Source: the human T2T-CHM13v2.0 reference genome, Homo sapiens
Assembly: GCF_009914755.1 (NCBI RefSeq)
Contig: NC_060928.1
Direction: 5' to 3' (one strand)
DNA length: 64,000 bases
A model generated the notes under the pieces. It was not told the origin of the DNA. It was given only the letters and a program-made list of their open reading frames with translations, and did no database searches. The number at the start of each line of letters is the position of its first letter. Position 1 is the first letter of the stretch. This document shows positions 1 through 12,461 of the stretch, one piece after another. The position numbers and the translations under genes were made by a program.

Positions 1-529
1 CTGACTAGAATTCTATTTTTCTAACTCTTTAAATGCAAAGCTTATACCCAGCATATCTAACTCCAACGTACAGGGATTCATGGATTTACAACACATCTCA
101 ACTCAGAGATTTTACGAATCCCAACAGTAAATATCTACTCAATATTATACCTTAAAAAATTCCCTCTGTTTCAAAAACATAGGCATGATGGAAAGAGGGA
201 GAGTGAGAGGGACATCCATAGGGTAGCATATGACTTTTAATTCTCTTTGTCTCAAAAAAAAAATTACCTTTGAACACCAAAAGGAGAAGAGAAACACAAA
301 CTAAGGAATTGAAGCTAAAGTTACAGGCTTTCTGAGCTCCATGACACAGAGCAGGCAGAATAGGTCATTTAAACTGAAATTTAGGCTTCTGCATAGGCTC
401 CCTAAAGGGCTTTTTGTGAAATGAAGGTAAAGAAGCTGTGTGGATTCCACTTTTATAGATGTAATAAGAAAAATAGATGTTTCCCAACCAATAGAAACTG
501 AACTTTTTCTTAAATTGTGAACTACAGAG

Positions 530-1088
530 ACAAGATAAAAACAAATGGCATACTCAAAACCAGAAAGTGAGTTACCATAATTAGATTAGCCACTAACCTA
601 ACACACTCAGAAGATACACGATGAAACTCTAGAATCATTACAATATGATTAATGCAAATGGAGAGAGAAAAAAAAAGAGAGTGACAAATACTTCAACTTA
701 AGAAGAGCTTGAAAACTATAATAAAAATTGAAGATACTAAGAACTGGCAAAAAATAACCAAAAAATTAATAATGTGATTAGAATTTTATTCCAGAAGCAA
801 TTAATTTTCTAGAAAGGCTCTCAGATATTTAAATTAAACATGTTGAAGATGTTTAAAATGTTTAACTAAAGCCTGATTTTTTAAAATAAACTTTTTAAAG
901 CAAAATTTTAAAATATCAGATGACATACTGAAAGAAATTATTTGAAATATCTGAAATAAAAAAGCATTTCAAATAAAAATTACATAGATATTATAATCTT
1001 TAGAGTCAATCAAATAATAAATTAGAAAATTTTAAGAAGATAGCAAAGAATTGTATTGGAATAAGTAACAAGAGAAAAAGAATTAATA
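530..1088 (+). mobile_element. Ancient L1M-type LINE, ORF1-region remnant (host element, part 1)
   Basis: Very A-rich, degenerate ORF1-like sequence that appears to continue at ~7504 after the younger insertion. Boundaries approximate. Confidence 0.45.
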
Positions 1089-1235
1089 GAGAGTGGCCAA
1101 GATAATCACCTAGAAGCAGCTGGTGTGTGCCACTCTTAAATACAACTTCAATAGAAACATCCAGGTACATGCATTGAGACTAATCAAGGAAACAACTTGA
1201 CCCACAGAGAATAGAGAAAAGCAAGGCAGGATGAC
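1089..1235 (+). mobile_element. L1 5' UTR start (L1PA13-16/L1P4-type)
   Basis: gagtggccaagataatcacctagaagcagct resembles the 5' end of older primate L1s (GGCCAAGATGGCCGACTAGAAGCAGCT). Interrupted by MSTA. Confidence 0.65.
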
Positions 1236-1625
1236 TGCTATGGATCTGTTTCTCCACCAAATCTCATGTCAAATTATAATCTACAGTGATGGAGGTGGGG
1301 CCTGGTAGGGGGTGATTTGATTATATGTATGCAGTTTTCATGAACGATTTAGCACCATCTCCCCTTGGTACTGTATAGTGAATGAGTTCTCATGAGATCC
1401 GGTTGTTTAAAAGTTTGTAGGACTCCCCTCATACAGCCCTTTCTCCTGCTTCTGCCATGTAAGACATAAGCTCCTGCTTTTTCTTCCACCATGAGTATAT
1501 GCTTCCTGAGACCTCCCCAGAAGCAGAAGCTGCCATGCTTCCTGTATGGAGCTAACTAAACCTCTTTTCTTTATAAATTACCGAGTCTCAGATTTTTTTA
1601 TAGCAATGCAGAACGAACTAATACA
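1236..1625 (+). mobile_element. MSTA (ERVL-MaLR) 5' LTR
   Basis: tgctatgg...ccaaatctcatg...ggaggtggggcctgg start and ...tagcaatgcagaacgaactaataca end. Homologous to 3213-3403. Confidence 0.9.
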
Positions 1626-3212
1626 GAAAATTGGTACCAAGCAGTAGGGCATTGCTATAAAAATACCTAAAAGTGTAGAAGCAACTTTGGAACTTGGTAA
1701 CAGGCAGAGGTTTGAAGAGTGTAGAGGGCTCAGAAGAAGACAGGAAGATGAGGGAAGGCTGGAACTTCCTAGAGACTTGATGTATGGTTGTGACCAAAAT
1801 GCTGAGAGTGATATGGACAATAAAGTCCAGGCTGATGAGGTCTCACATGGAAATGAGAAACTTGTTGACTAGAGTAAAGGTCACTTTTACTGTATATTAG
1901 CAAAGTGGTTGGTTGCATTGTGCCCCTGCCCTAGGGATCTGTGGAACTTTGAACTTGAGAATGATGATTTAGGTGTCTGGAGGAAGAAATTTCTAAGCAG
2001 CAATGCATTCATGAAGTAATCTGGCTGCTTCTAACAACCTATTCTCATATACATGAGCAAAGAAATGATGTAAAACTTGAACTTACATTTAAAGGGAAGA
2101 AGAGCATAAAAGTTTGAGAAATTTGCAGCTTGGCTATATGATCGAAAATATAATCTTATTTTCACGGGAGCAATTCAAATTGGCTGCAGAAATTTGCATA
2201 ACTAAAAAGAAAACAAGTGCTGATAGCCAAGACAATGGAGAAAAGGTCTCAAAGACATGTCAGAGACCAAGGTAGCTGCTCAAATCACAGACCTGGAGGT
2301 CTAGAAGAAAAGAATGGCTTCATGGTCCAGACCCAGGATAGCTTTGGGACACTGCTCCCTGCATCTCAGCCACTCCAGCTTCAGCAGTGGCTTAAAGGGG
2401 CCCAGGTAAAGCTCAAGCTGCTCCTCCAGAGGGTGCAAACTGTAAGCCTTTGTGACTTCCACCTGATGTTAAGCCTGCAGGTGCACAGAGTGCAAGAATT
2501 GAGGCTTAAGAGCCTCCACCTAGATTTCAGAGGATGTATGGAAAATCTAGGCAGAAGTTTACTTCAGGGGCAGAGCCCTGAGGGAGAACTTTTACTACAG
2601 CAGTGAAGAGGGAAAATGTGGGGTTGGAAGCTCTACACCGAGTCCCCACTGGGGCACTGCCTTGTGGTGCTGTGAGAAGAGGTCCACCATCCTCCAGATC
2701 CCAGAATTGTGGATCCATTGACAGCTTGCACTATGCATCTGGCAAAGCCACAGGCACTCGGTGCTAACCTGTGAGAGTAGCCACAGAGGCTGAATCCTTT
2801 AAATCCATAGGAGAAGAGCTGCCCAAGGCCTTTGGAGCCCACCAGTGTGTGCTGGATGTAGGACATGAAGTCAAAGGAGATTAGTTTGGATTATTAAGAT
2901 TTAATAATTGCCCTTCTGGATTATGGACTTGCAAGGGGACTGTAGCCTCTTTCTTTTAGTTGATTTATTTCATTTGGAATAAGACTATTTAGTCAATGCT
3001 TATCCCTCCATTATATCTTGGAAGTAACTAACGTGTTTATAATTTTTCAGGCTCTTAGGCAGAAAGGACTAGCTTTGTCTTAGACGAGACTTTGAACTTT
3101 GCACTTTTGAGTTAATGGTGGAATGAGTTAAGATATTGGGGGACTGTTGAGAAGAGTGATTGTATTTTACTATGTGAGAAGAACATGAAATTTGGAGGGG
3201 CAAGGGTTAGAA
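1626..3212 (+). mobile_element. MSTA internal region (MaLR-int)
   Basis: Starts gaaaattggtacc, ~1.6 kb of typical MaLR-int, purine-rich tract before the 3' LTR. No intact ORF. Confidence 0.9.
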
Positions 3213-3403
3213 TAATATGGTTTTGGATCTGTGTCTCAAACAAATCTCATGTCTAATTGTAATCCTCGATGTTGGAGGTGGGGCCTGGTGGGAGGTGATT
3301 GGATCATGGGGGTGGAGTTCTTAAAAATGGTTTAGCACCATCCCTCATTGGTACTCCATAGTGAATGAATTATCAAGAGATCTGGTTGTTTAAAAGTGTG
3401 TAG
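3213..3403 (+). mobile_element. MSTA 3' LTR, 5' half only
   Basis: Aligns with 1236-~1419 and stops at the LTR12 insertion. Confidence 0.9.
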
Positions 3404-3888
3404 TGAGAGGTGAAGCCAGCTGGGCTTCTGAGTCGGGTGGGGACTTAGAGAACTTTTGTGTCTAGCTAAAGGATTGTAAATGCAGTAATCAGTGCTCTGT
3501 ATCTAGCTAAAGGATTGTAAACGCAGCAGTCAGCATTCTGTAAAAATGCACCAATCAGCACTCTGTAAAATGGACCAATCAGCACTCTGTAAAATGGACC
3601 AATCAGCAGGATGTGGGTGGGGCCAAATAAGGGAATAAAAGCTGGCCACACGAGCCAACAGCGGCAACCCACTTCAGTCCCTTTTCATGCTGTGGAAGCT
3701 TTGTTCTTTTGCTCTTTGCAATAAATCTTTTTTGCTGCTTACTCTTTGAGTCCACACTAGCTTTAGGAGCTGTAACACTCACAATGAAGGTCTGCAGCTT
3801 CACTCCTGAAGCCAGTGAGACCATGAACCCACCGGGAGGAACAAACAACTCTGAACACACCACCTTTAAGAGCTGTAACACTCACTGC
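3404..3888 (+). mobile_element. LTR12 (ERV9) short-type LTR, 3'-truncated
   Basis: tgagaggtgaagccagctggg start, ccaatcagc repeats, gggaataaaagc. Homologous to the 3' part of 27858-29296 but lacks the last ~60 bp. Confidence 0.92.
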
Positions 3889-6800
3889 ATTCTTCTCATC
3901 ACTACATAGCACATACTCTAAAACTGACCACAGAGTCAGACATAAAACAAACTTCAGCAAATGCAAAATAATCGAAATTGTACCAAACACACTCCCAAAC
4001 TACAGAGCAACAAAAATAGAAGTAAAGAATGAAAAAAAAAATCACTTAAAATCAAGCAATTACATGGAAATTAAACAACATGCTCCTGAATAACTTTTGG
4101 GTAAATAGTGAAATCAAGGCAGAAATCAATGAGTTCTTTGAAACTAAAGAGAATGAAGATACAACATACCAGAATCTCTGAGACAGAAGATACACAATGT
4201 TAAAAGAAAATTTATAGCACTGAATACTCAAAAAGTTAGAAACATCTCAAATTAACAACCTAACATCACAACTGAAAGAATTAGAGAAGCAAGTGCATAC
4301 TAACCCCAAAGCTAGCAGAAAACAAAAATAACCAAATTCATAGCCGAACTGAAGGAAACAAAGACACAAACAAAAAACATTCAAAAGATGAACAAACCTA
4401 GGGGTTGATGTTTTGAAAAAATTAAGATAGGCTACTAGCTAGATTAATAAAGAAAAAAAGAGAGACGATCCAAATAAACACAACTAGAAATCACAAATGG
4501 GATGTTACCACTGACCCCACAGAAATAAAAATAACTGTCAGTAACTATTATAAACACCTCTATGATCACAAACTAGAAAATCTAGAAGAAATGTATTAAT
4601 TCCTGGACACATACACCCTCCCAAAACTGAACCAGGAAGAAACTGATTTCCAAAACAGACTAATACAGACTACAAAATTGAATTAGTAATAAATAGCCTA
4701 CGAACAAAAACAAGTCCAGGAACAGATATATTCACAGATGAATTCTACCAGATGTACAAAGAAAGTTGGTATCATTTCCACTGAAACTATTCCAAAAATA
4801 GATGAGGAGAGACTCCTCCCCAACTCCTTTTATGAGATCAGCATCAAGCTGATACCAACCCCTAGCAGAGACACAATAAAAAAGAAAACTTCAGGCCAGT
4901 ATCCTTGATGAACATTGATGCAAAAATCCTCAACAAAATACTTGCAAACTGAAGCCAGCAGCACATCAAAAAACTAATACACCATGATCAAGTAGGCTTC
5001 ATCCCTGGGATGCAAGTTTGGTTCATCATATACAAATCAATAAATGTGATTCATCATATAAATAGAACTAAAGACAAAAAAACACATGATCATCTCAATA
5101 GGTTCTGTAGAATCTTTTGATATAATTCAGCATCTCTTCATGTTAAAAACTCTCAAGAAACTAGGTATTGAAGGAACATACCTAAAAATAATAAGAGTTA
5201 TCTATGGCAAAGCCACAGCCAACATCATACTTAATGGACAAAAACTGGATATATTCTCAAGAGCTCCTTTAGCTGATAAACAACTTCAGCAAAGTTTCCA
5301 GATACAAAATCAACATACAAAAATTACTAGTATTCCTGTACATCAAGATCAGCAAAACCAAGAGCCAAATCAAGAATGCAAGCCCATTCACAACTGCCAC
5401 AAAAAATAATAAAATACCTAGGAATACAGTACACCAGAAAGGTGAAAGTTCTCTACAATGAGAGCTACAAAACACTGCTCAAAGAAATGAGAGATTATAC
5501 AAACAAATGGTAAAACATCCCATGCTCATGAATAGGAAGAATCAATATCATTAAAATGGCCACACTGTCCAAAGCAATTTACCGATTCAATGCTATCACT
5601 ATCAAACTGCAAATGACATTCTTCACAGAACTAGAAAAACTATATTTAAATGTATATAGAACCAAAAAAGAGCCTGAATAGCCAAGGCAATTCTAAGCAA
5701 AAAGAACAAAGCTGGAGGCAACGTGTTACCCAACTTCAAATTATACTACAAGGCTACAATCACCAAAACAGCATGATAGTGGTATAAAACCAGACGCACA
5801 GACCAATCAAACAGAATAGAAAGCCCAGAGAGAAGGCCACATACCTACAACCATCTAATCAACAGGGTTAACAAAAATAAGCAATGGATAAAGAATTCCC
5901 TATTCAATAAATGGTGCTGGGATAACTGGCAGGCAATATGCAGAAGATTGAAACTGGAATCCTTCCTTACACCATATACAAAAATCAACTCAAAATAGAT
6001 AAAAGACTCAAATGTAAAACCCCAAACTATAAAAACCCTGGAAGGCAATCTAAGCAATACCCTTCTGGACATAGGAATGTGCAAAGATTTCATGACAAAG
6101 ATGCCAAAAGCAATTGCAACAAAAGCAGAATTGACAAGTTGGATCGAATTAAATTTAAGAGTTTCTGTGCAGCAAAAGAAAATAACAACAGTGTAAACAG
6201 ATAACCTACAGATTGGAAGAAAATTTTTGCAAACTAGGCATCTGACAAATGTCTAATATCCAGCATCTATATGGAACTTAAAACAAATTTACAAGAAAAA
6301 AATAAACAACCACATTAAAAAGTGGGCAAAGGACATAAACAGACACTTTCAAATGAAGGCATACAATTGGCCAACAAGCATCTGAAAAATAGCTTAACAT
6401 CACTGATTATTATATAAATGCAAATAAAAACCACAATGAGATACCATCTCATAGTAGTCAGAAGAGTTATGATTAAAAAGTCAAAAAAAAAAAACAACAC
6501 ATACCGGTGAGGTTGTGGAGAAAAGGGAACACATACACTATTGGTGGGAGTACAAATTAGTTCAACCATTGTGGAAAGCAGTGTGATGATTGCTCAAAGC
6601 ACTAAAACCAGAACTACAATTCAGCCCAACAATTCCATTACTAGGTATATTCCCAGAGGAATATGTCATTCCACCATGAAGACATGCATGTGAATGTTCA
6701 TTGCAGTACTATTTACAATAGCAAAGATACAAAATCGACCTAAATGCCCGTAAGTGAAAGACTGGATAAAGAAAATATGGTACATATACCCCACAGAATA

Positions 6801-7155
6801 CTAGGTAGCCACACAAAACAACGAGAGCATGTCTTTTGGGGAAAACATGGATGGAGCTGGAGGCTATTATCCTCCGCAAATTAATGCAGAAACACAAAAC
6901 CGTATGCCACATGTTCTGACTTACAAGTGGAAGCTAAATGATAATAACTCATGGACACAAAGAAAAGAACAACAAACACTGGTTGAGGATGGAAGTTAGG
7001 AGGAGGGAGAGGGGCAGAAAAAATAACTATTGGTTACAAAGTTTAGCATCTGGGTGCCATAATAATCTGTACAACAGTCCCCCATGACACACGTTTACCT
7101 ATATAACAAACCTGCACATGTACCCCTCGACCTCAAAATGAAAGTTAGAAAAAGA
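3888..7155 (+). mobile_element. L1PA13-15-like LINE-1, ORF2 and 3' UTR (degraded)
   Basis: ORF2 fragments (e.g. [16 protein letters not shown] at 5086+), many stops and frameshifts, 3' UTR ...aaacctgcacatgtacccc...aaaatgaaagtt. Confidence 0.92.
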
Positions 7156-7169
7156 AAATATTTTTATAT

Positions 7170-7365
7170 GTTTATTATTTTGTATTATATTTCTGTGAGT
7201 TGCTTATTGATAGTCCTTGCCCATTTTTCTATCAGGTTGTTCACATTTTGCTTATGACTTTGTATAAACTGTAAATATTCGGAATGAGAATATTTTGTAG
7301 GTTAACATGTTACAAACATTTCTCCCAGCTTGTAGTTAGTCTTTAACTTTGTTTACAAATGCTTT
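7170..7365 (-). mobile_element. Old L1M fragment, antisense
   Basis: tccttgcccatttttctatcaggttgttc...aaacatttctcccag matches the antisense 3' ORF2 of old L1. Confidence 0.6.
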
Positions 7366-7366
7366 G

Positions 7367-7488
7367 CCCATATTCACATAGCTTTGATTACAGTACATTG
7401 TTACAATTGCTCTTGTTCTTTTTTTATTTTTATTTATTGTTGTTAATTTCTTTTTGTGCCTCATTTCTAAATTAAACATGATCATAGA
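7367..7488 (+). mobile_element. TcMar-Tigger DNA transposon fragment (MER44/Tigger7-like)
   Basis: catattcacatagctttgattacagtacattgttacaattg...tgtgcctcatttctaaattaaacatgatcatag resembles the recalled MER44 3' region. Truncated before the TIR. Confidence 0.65.
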
Positions 7489-7503
7489 TTAAAAAATAAA
7501 AGT

Positions 7504-8055
7504 AGAATAAATAAAGGAGCAGTTGGGAGATTTAAAAGATAGATTGAGAGGTTTAAATAATTGTCAAACTGGAGTTTCAGAAGAAGAAAAAAGGAATGGC
7601 TTAAACATAGCATTTGAAGAGATAATTGCGGAAATTTTTATTAATAAGAATGACTTCAAAATAAATAACAGTAATCAATTCAGATATGGACACATCCAGT
7701 AAAATTAAAACACAGTATGGCCAGAAAGGGTATCTATATGCTTTCCACAGGAAAGAGATCTCTTATAATAAAGTTATTGTGACACCAAATTATTTTGCTT
7801 AGAAATTGTATAGCAAATATAAATAACATAATTTGATTATTCAATGTATAAAGCAATATAAACATAAAAATGCAAATATAACCAATAATCAAACAGAAAT
7901 CTCTTACTTCAAATTCTACAGAGAAATAAAATAAAAAACAGAAATATCTATCTATTAAAGGGAAAACATAATATAGCAAGATGATTTTTAAAATAGTATA
8001 CAGAAAATGTGAAATAAAGAATCCTGACAATATTTCTAAACATTTAAATAATCAT
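7504..8055 (+). mobile_element. Ancient L1M ORF1 remnant (host element, part 2)
   Basis: gagatttaaaagatagattgagagg...ggagtttcagaagaagaa...tttgaagagataattgcggaaatttt is typical of degenerate ORF1. Confidence 0.6.
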
Positions 8056-9435
8056 TACAATAGAGAACTCAGAAACAAAGCCACACACCTAAAGCCATCT
8101 GATCTTTGACAAAGTCTACAACAGTAATCAATGGAGAAAGGACTCCATATTCAATAAGCAGTGCTGGGGTGGCTGGCAAGCCATATGCAGAAGAATGAAA
8201 CTGGACCCCTACCTTTCACCATATACATAAGTTAACTCAATATGGCTTGAAGTTTTAAATATAAGACATCAAGCTCTAAGAATATTAGAAGAAAACCTAG
8301 GAAACACCATTGTGGATATCAGCCTTGGGAAAGAATGTATTACCGAGCCCTGAAAAACAATTGCAACAAAAACAAAAATTGACAAAGTGAGACTTAATTG
8401 AAATAAAAAGAGTTTCTGCACTGCAAAAGAAACTATCAACAGAGTAAACAGACACCTATAGAATGGGAAAAAATATTAGCAAACTAGGCACCCGACAGAG
8501 GTCTAATATTTAGAATCTACAAGAAACAAACACTTCAACAAGCAAAAAGCAAATAATTCCATTAAGAAGTGGGAAAAATACATGAACACACACTTCTCAA
8601 AAGAGGAGTGGCCAACAGACATACGAGAAAATGCTCAACATCACTAATGAGAGAAATGCAAATCAAAACCAAAGTGAAATACTGTCTCACACCAGTCACA
8701 ATGACTATTATTAAAAAGTAAGAAGAAAAAAAGACACTGGTGAGGTTGTAGAAAAAAGAGTACATTTATATACTATTAGTGGGAATGAAAATTAGTTTAG
8801 CCACTGTGGAAAGTAGTCTGCAAATTTCTCAAAGAAATTAAAACAGAGTTACCATTTGACCCAGAAATCCCATTACTGACTATGTATCCAAAAGAAAATA
8901 AAGAATTCTACCAAAAAGACATATGTACTCCTATGTTCATGGAAGGACTATTAACAAGAGCAAAAACATGAAATCAACCTAGGTGTCCTTCAACGATGGA
9001 TTGGAGAAAGAAAATGTGGTACATATACACCAGAGAATACTATGCATCCATAAAAAAGAATGAAAATCATGTCCTATGCCACAACATGGATGCAGCTGGA
9101 GGCCATTACCCTAGGCAAATTAACATAGAAACAGAAAACCAAATTCCACATGTTCTCACTTATAAGTGGGAGCTAAACATTGGGTACACATAGACATAAA
9201 GATAGCAACAGTAGGCACTGGGGACTACTACCAAGAGGAGGGCGGAAGGGGGTTGAGATTTGAAAAACTAACTATTGGGTACTATGCTCACTACCTGGGT
9301 GATGGGATCAATTGTACTCCAAACCTGAGCATCGCACAACTGACCCATGTAACAAATCTGCGCATATATCCCCTGAATCTAAAATAAAAGTTAAAATTTA
9401 ATAAAATAAAAAGTTAAAATAAATAGATAAAAATA
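8056..9435 (+). mobile_element. L1PA16-like 5'-truncated LINE-1
   Basis: 3' ORF2 plus 3' UTR (gaaaaactaactattgggtactatgctcactacctgggtg). TSD taaataatcat at 8045-8055 and 9436-9446. Confidence 0.9.
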
Positions 9436-9446
9436 TAAATAATCAT

Positions 9447-9685
9447 AAGAAAGGCAAATGAAAACTCATTTAAGATACAACTTGAAATTTTAAAGTAATC
9501 CAGATACATGTTGCTTAAAAGATATATACCTCAAATAAGAAGAAACATTTTAAAATTTGTAATGGCCAAAAAAGAAAATCAACATGAAAATAATATGAAC
9601 AAACACAAAAAGCTGGTAGGGTAACATTTTTTAATAAAAGAAAATTAAAGTGAATCCCCCGAATTACTTATAGACATAAACTTGA
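9447..9685 (+). mobile_element. Ancient L1M ORF2 endonuclease start remnant (host element, part 3)
   Basis: aatccagatacatgttgcttaaaagatatatacctcaaat...aaagctggtagggtaac resembles the degenerate start of the EN domain. Confidence 0.55.
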
Positions 9686-9689
9686 TAAC

Positions 9690-10000
9690 ACACCCTTAAT
9701 ATTTTCTTTTAAACAGTTTCTCACTATTTACATGGCCAGGCTGGAAAGTTTCCAAATCTTTTTCTTCTGCTTTCCTTTTAATTATAAATTCCATCTGTAA
9801 GTTATTTATTTGCTGTTATATCTCACATATACAGTTAAATGAAACCAAGCAGCAGACTGAATACTTTGCTGTTTAGATATTTCTTTCACCAGATATCCTA
9901 GTTTATCACTCTTAATTTCTGCATACCATAAAATACAGGACATAGACACAATTCAGCCAAAGTTTTTTCTACTTGATAGTAAGAATGGTCTTTGCTCCAG
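9690..10000 (-). mobile_element. MaLR-int fragment, inverted
   Basis: Reverse complement resembles MaLR-int 5' part (compare 1870-2170 on +). Confidence 0.7.
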
Positions 10001-10932
10001 GGCAATGCCAACTGGATTTATGGACACTGCTGAGGCTCCAAAAATGTAGAGCTACTAGTGTGCAACTCCAGCCTGGGAGAGCTACAGGCCCACAATTACA
10101 ACTTGTGAGAGCTGCTTCATGGACTGAGCCTAGCAGAGCTATGAAGCAGAGTGGCCAGAGGCTTTGGGGGCTCAATCTCTACTCCAGTGTATCTGGGAAG
10201 TGGCACACAGAGTCAAAGAAGGTTATTCTCAGCTTTAAGACTGAATGTTGTTGTTCTCTCTGTTAGGTTTTGGATTTAATTGGGACCAGTAACACCTGCA
10301 GTCTTACCTATTTCTCCCCTTTGAAATGGGAATGTCTATCCTATTCCTTTTCCTAGCATTGCATTGTGCAAGTAAATAACATTTCACAGGCTTACACTTA
10401 TAAGATATTTACCCCAAGGTAAATCATACCTTAAGTCTCGCCCATATATGATTTAGATGAGACTCTAGACTTTGCACTTTAGAGTTGGCACTTGACTATA
10501 TTAAGACTTTTGAGGGTATTGAGATGGAATACATGTATTTTGTATGTTAAGAAGGCTATAAATTTTGTGGGGCCAGTGTCAGAACACTATGGTTTAAATG
10601 TTCTTTCCAAAACACGTTGAAATGAATGCTGTTGCAACAGTATTAAAAGGTGGGGCCTTTAAGATGTCATATACTTTTTCATTTTTTTTTAGATTTTGGG
10701 AACTCCACCATCATGTACGGATTAATATTGATATCATGGGATTGGACTTGTTTTAAAAGCCATCTCTTTCACACACAAATATTATGTTACCATTCTGCTC
10801 TTCTTCTTCACCATGGGATGATGGACTCCCATCTCTTGAATCTCCCAGCCTCCAGAACACTGAGCTGAATAATTCCTTTTAAAATTACCCAGTCTGTGGT
10901 ATCTGTTATAGCAACAGAAAATGCCCTAACAC
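10001..10932 (+). mobile_element. MaLR-int 3' part plus MSTC-like LTR (~10586-10932)
   Basis: Internal sequence homologous to 2650-3210, then an LTR ctatggtttaaatg...aaattacccagtctgtggtatctgttatagcaacagaaaatgccctaacaca. Confidence 0.8.
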
Positions 10933-12443
10933 AGTTAGATATCTTGGATTATCTTTTTCAGTTAACTTTATGTGGTGATTAAATTTCTGCTATACTTAAT
11001 CATTTTCAAAAACAATAACAATTTTCCTAGTAAAATCCACAAACTCCAAACCTTATCCCCATAGTGATCATTTCAATTGGTTAAAGTTTTATTGAATTTA
11101 GTGAATGAAAGTACTAATGTGGGAATGTTTACTGCATGTGACCTCCTAAAACTATTTTGCTAATTGGTAATGCCTGTCATTGACAATAATTGATTTGTGG
11201 CTTGAAACCAATAATTTAAATGCTGTTTCTTTCATGCAAGGGTAAAATAAATTATTTTGTTGTTACTTGATTTCAGAAAAGCAGATAACAACTATGGTCT
11301 GGAAGAAACATGTAAGTTTAAATATTTTGCACGTACTCCTTTTCCAAAACTGTGCCTGTTAAGAAATTTAAATATAATTGATTTTTTTTCTATTTTTTCA
11401 TTTTAAAAAAGAAGTCAATTTTTGCCAATTGGAAAAAAGGATCATGATTAAAAAAAGAAAACAAAAGTAAATACATTAATGTATAGTAATTTTTATGTTT
11501 AACTCGATAATTGAATAAAGTTTCATTTGTATTTTTAATTTTTTATTAAACTACTTCAAAATTTATAAATTTTTAGAAACTAATTTATTTCTTTAGCTCT
11601 AAAATGATTAGTTTTAGTGATTCCTCTGTAGCAAATGTTTTCTAGTGTACTTTGACATGAGACATAAAGAGCTGTGTAGTTTAATGACATTCCCACAAGC
11701 CTGTCTGTAGCCATTTCCACAAACCTCCTTGTCTGTCTCTGACTCATTTTTTTCCTTCTAGGCACTAACCATTAAAAAACCGTCTAATAATCTTCCAGAT
11801 TTTATGCATTCTTTACCTCAATCCTTTTCTATTCATACAGAGGAGATAATCATTTGTACTACCCAAAATTCTGCCTGAGAGAATATTTTCTCATCACTAT
11901 CCTTTATACCACACTGGGTGGGGCTATAATATAATACAATGCCTTGCACAAACATACTGAACTGACCCGTTTGTGAATCAGGCCGTTTTTTGTTTTGTTT
12001 TCTCTTTCATCAGCTAATCAAATCAGGTGTGAGTCCTGTGAAATGAAACAGTAAATAAGACTCCAAACTTACCAGATGAGATGGACACCCTGTGGTTAAT
12101 AGAGATGACCAAATTTAGATAACAGAACCAAGCAACTATAGCAAAGGTGGCTTTTGAAACATTCTACTTTACGCTTGGGAAGCCATCCATCAGGGCTCTA
12201 CTATCTCCACCAATCAGAACTAAACAAGCTTGAATTATTTGTTTGCATAAATGGACATAATTGAGAACCAGGGCTGGAACTTTCCCTACTTGAACCAAAC
12301 TCTTCCTTTGCTCTTTGGAGAGCACTTTCCTTTTCACTTGGGAAGCTATGCCTCCCTAATCTGCACATTATTTTGTTTATATACAGAAAATAAAGCTCTC
12401 CCCTTTTCCTTTGCAGATCTCATGGTATTTTTTAAACATTTTT

Positions 12444-12461
12444 TGGTGATGTGGATGGAAT
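12444..12461 (+). promoter_or_regulatory. Retroviral primer-binding site, tRNA-Ser(GCU)-like
   Basis: tggtgatgtggatggaat versus recalled TGGCGACGAGGATGGGAT (14/18; two mismatches are CpG decay), 5 nt after the 5' LTR. Confidence 0.6.

Noticed and set aside
2217-2606. 129-aa ORF
   Set aside because: Chance frame in the decayed MSTA internal region.
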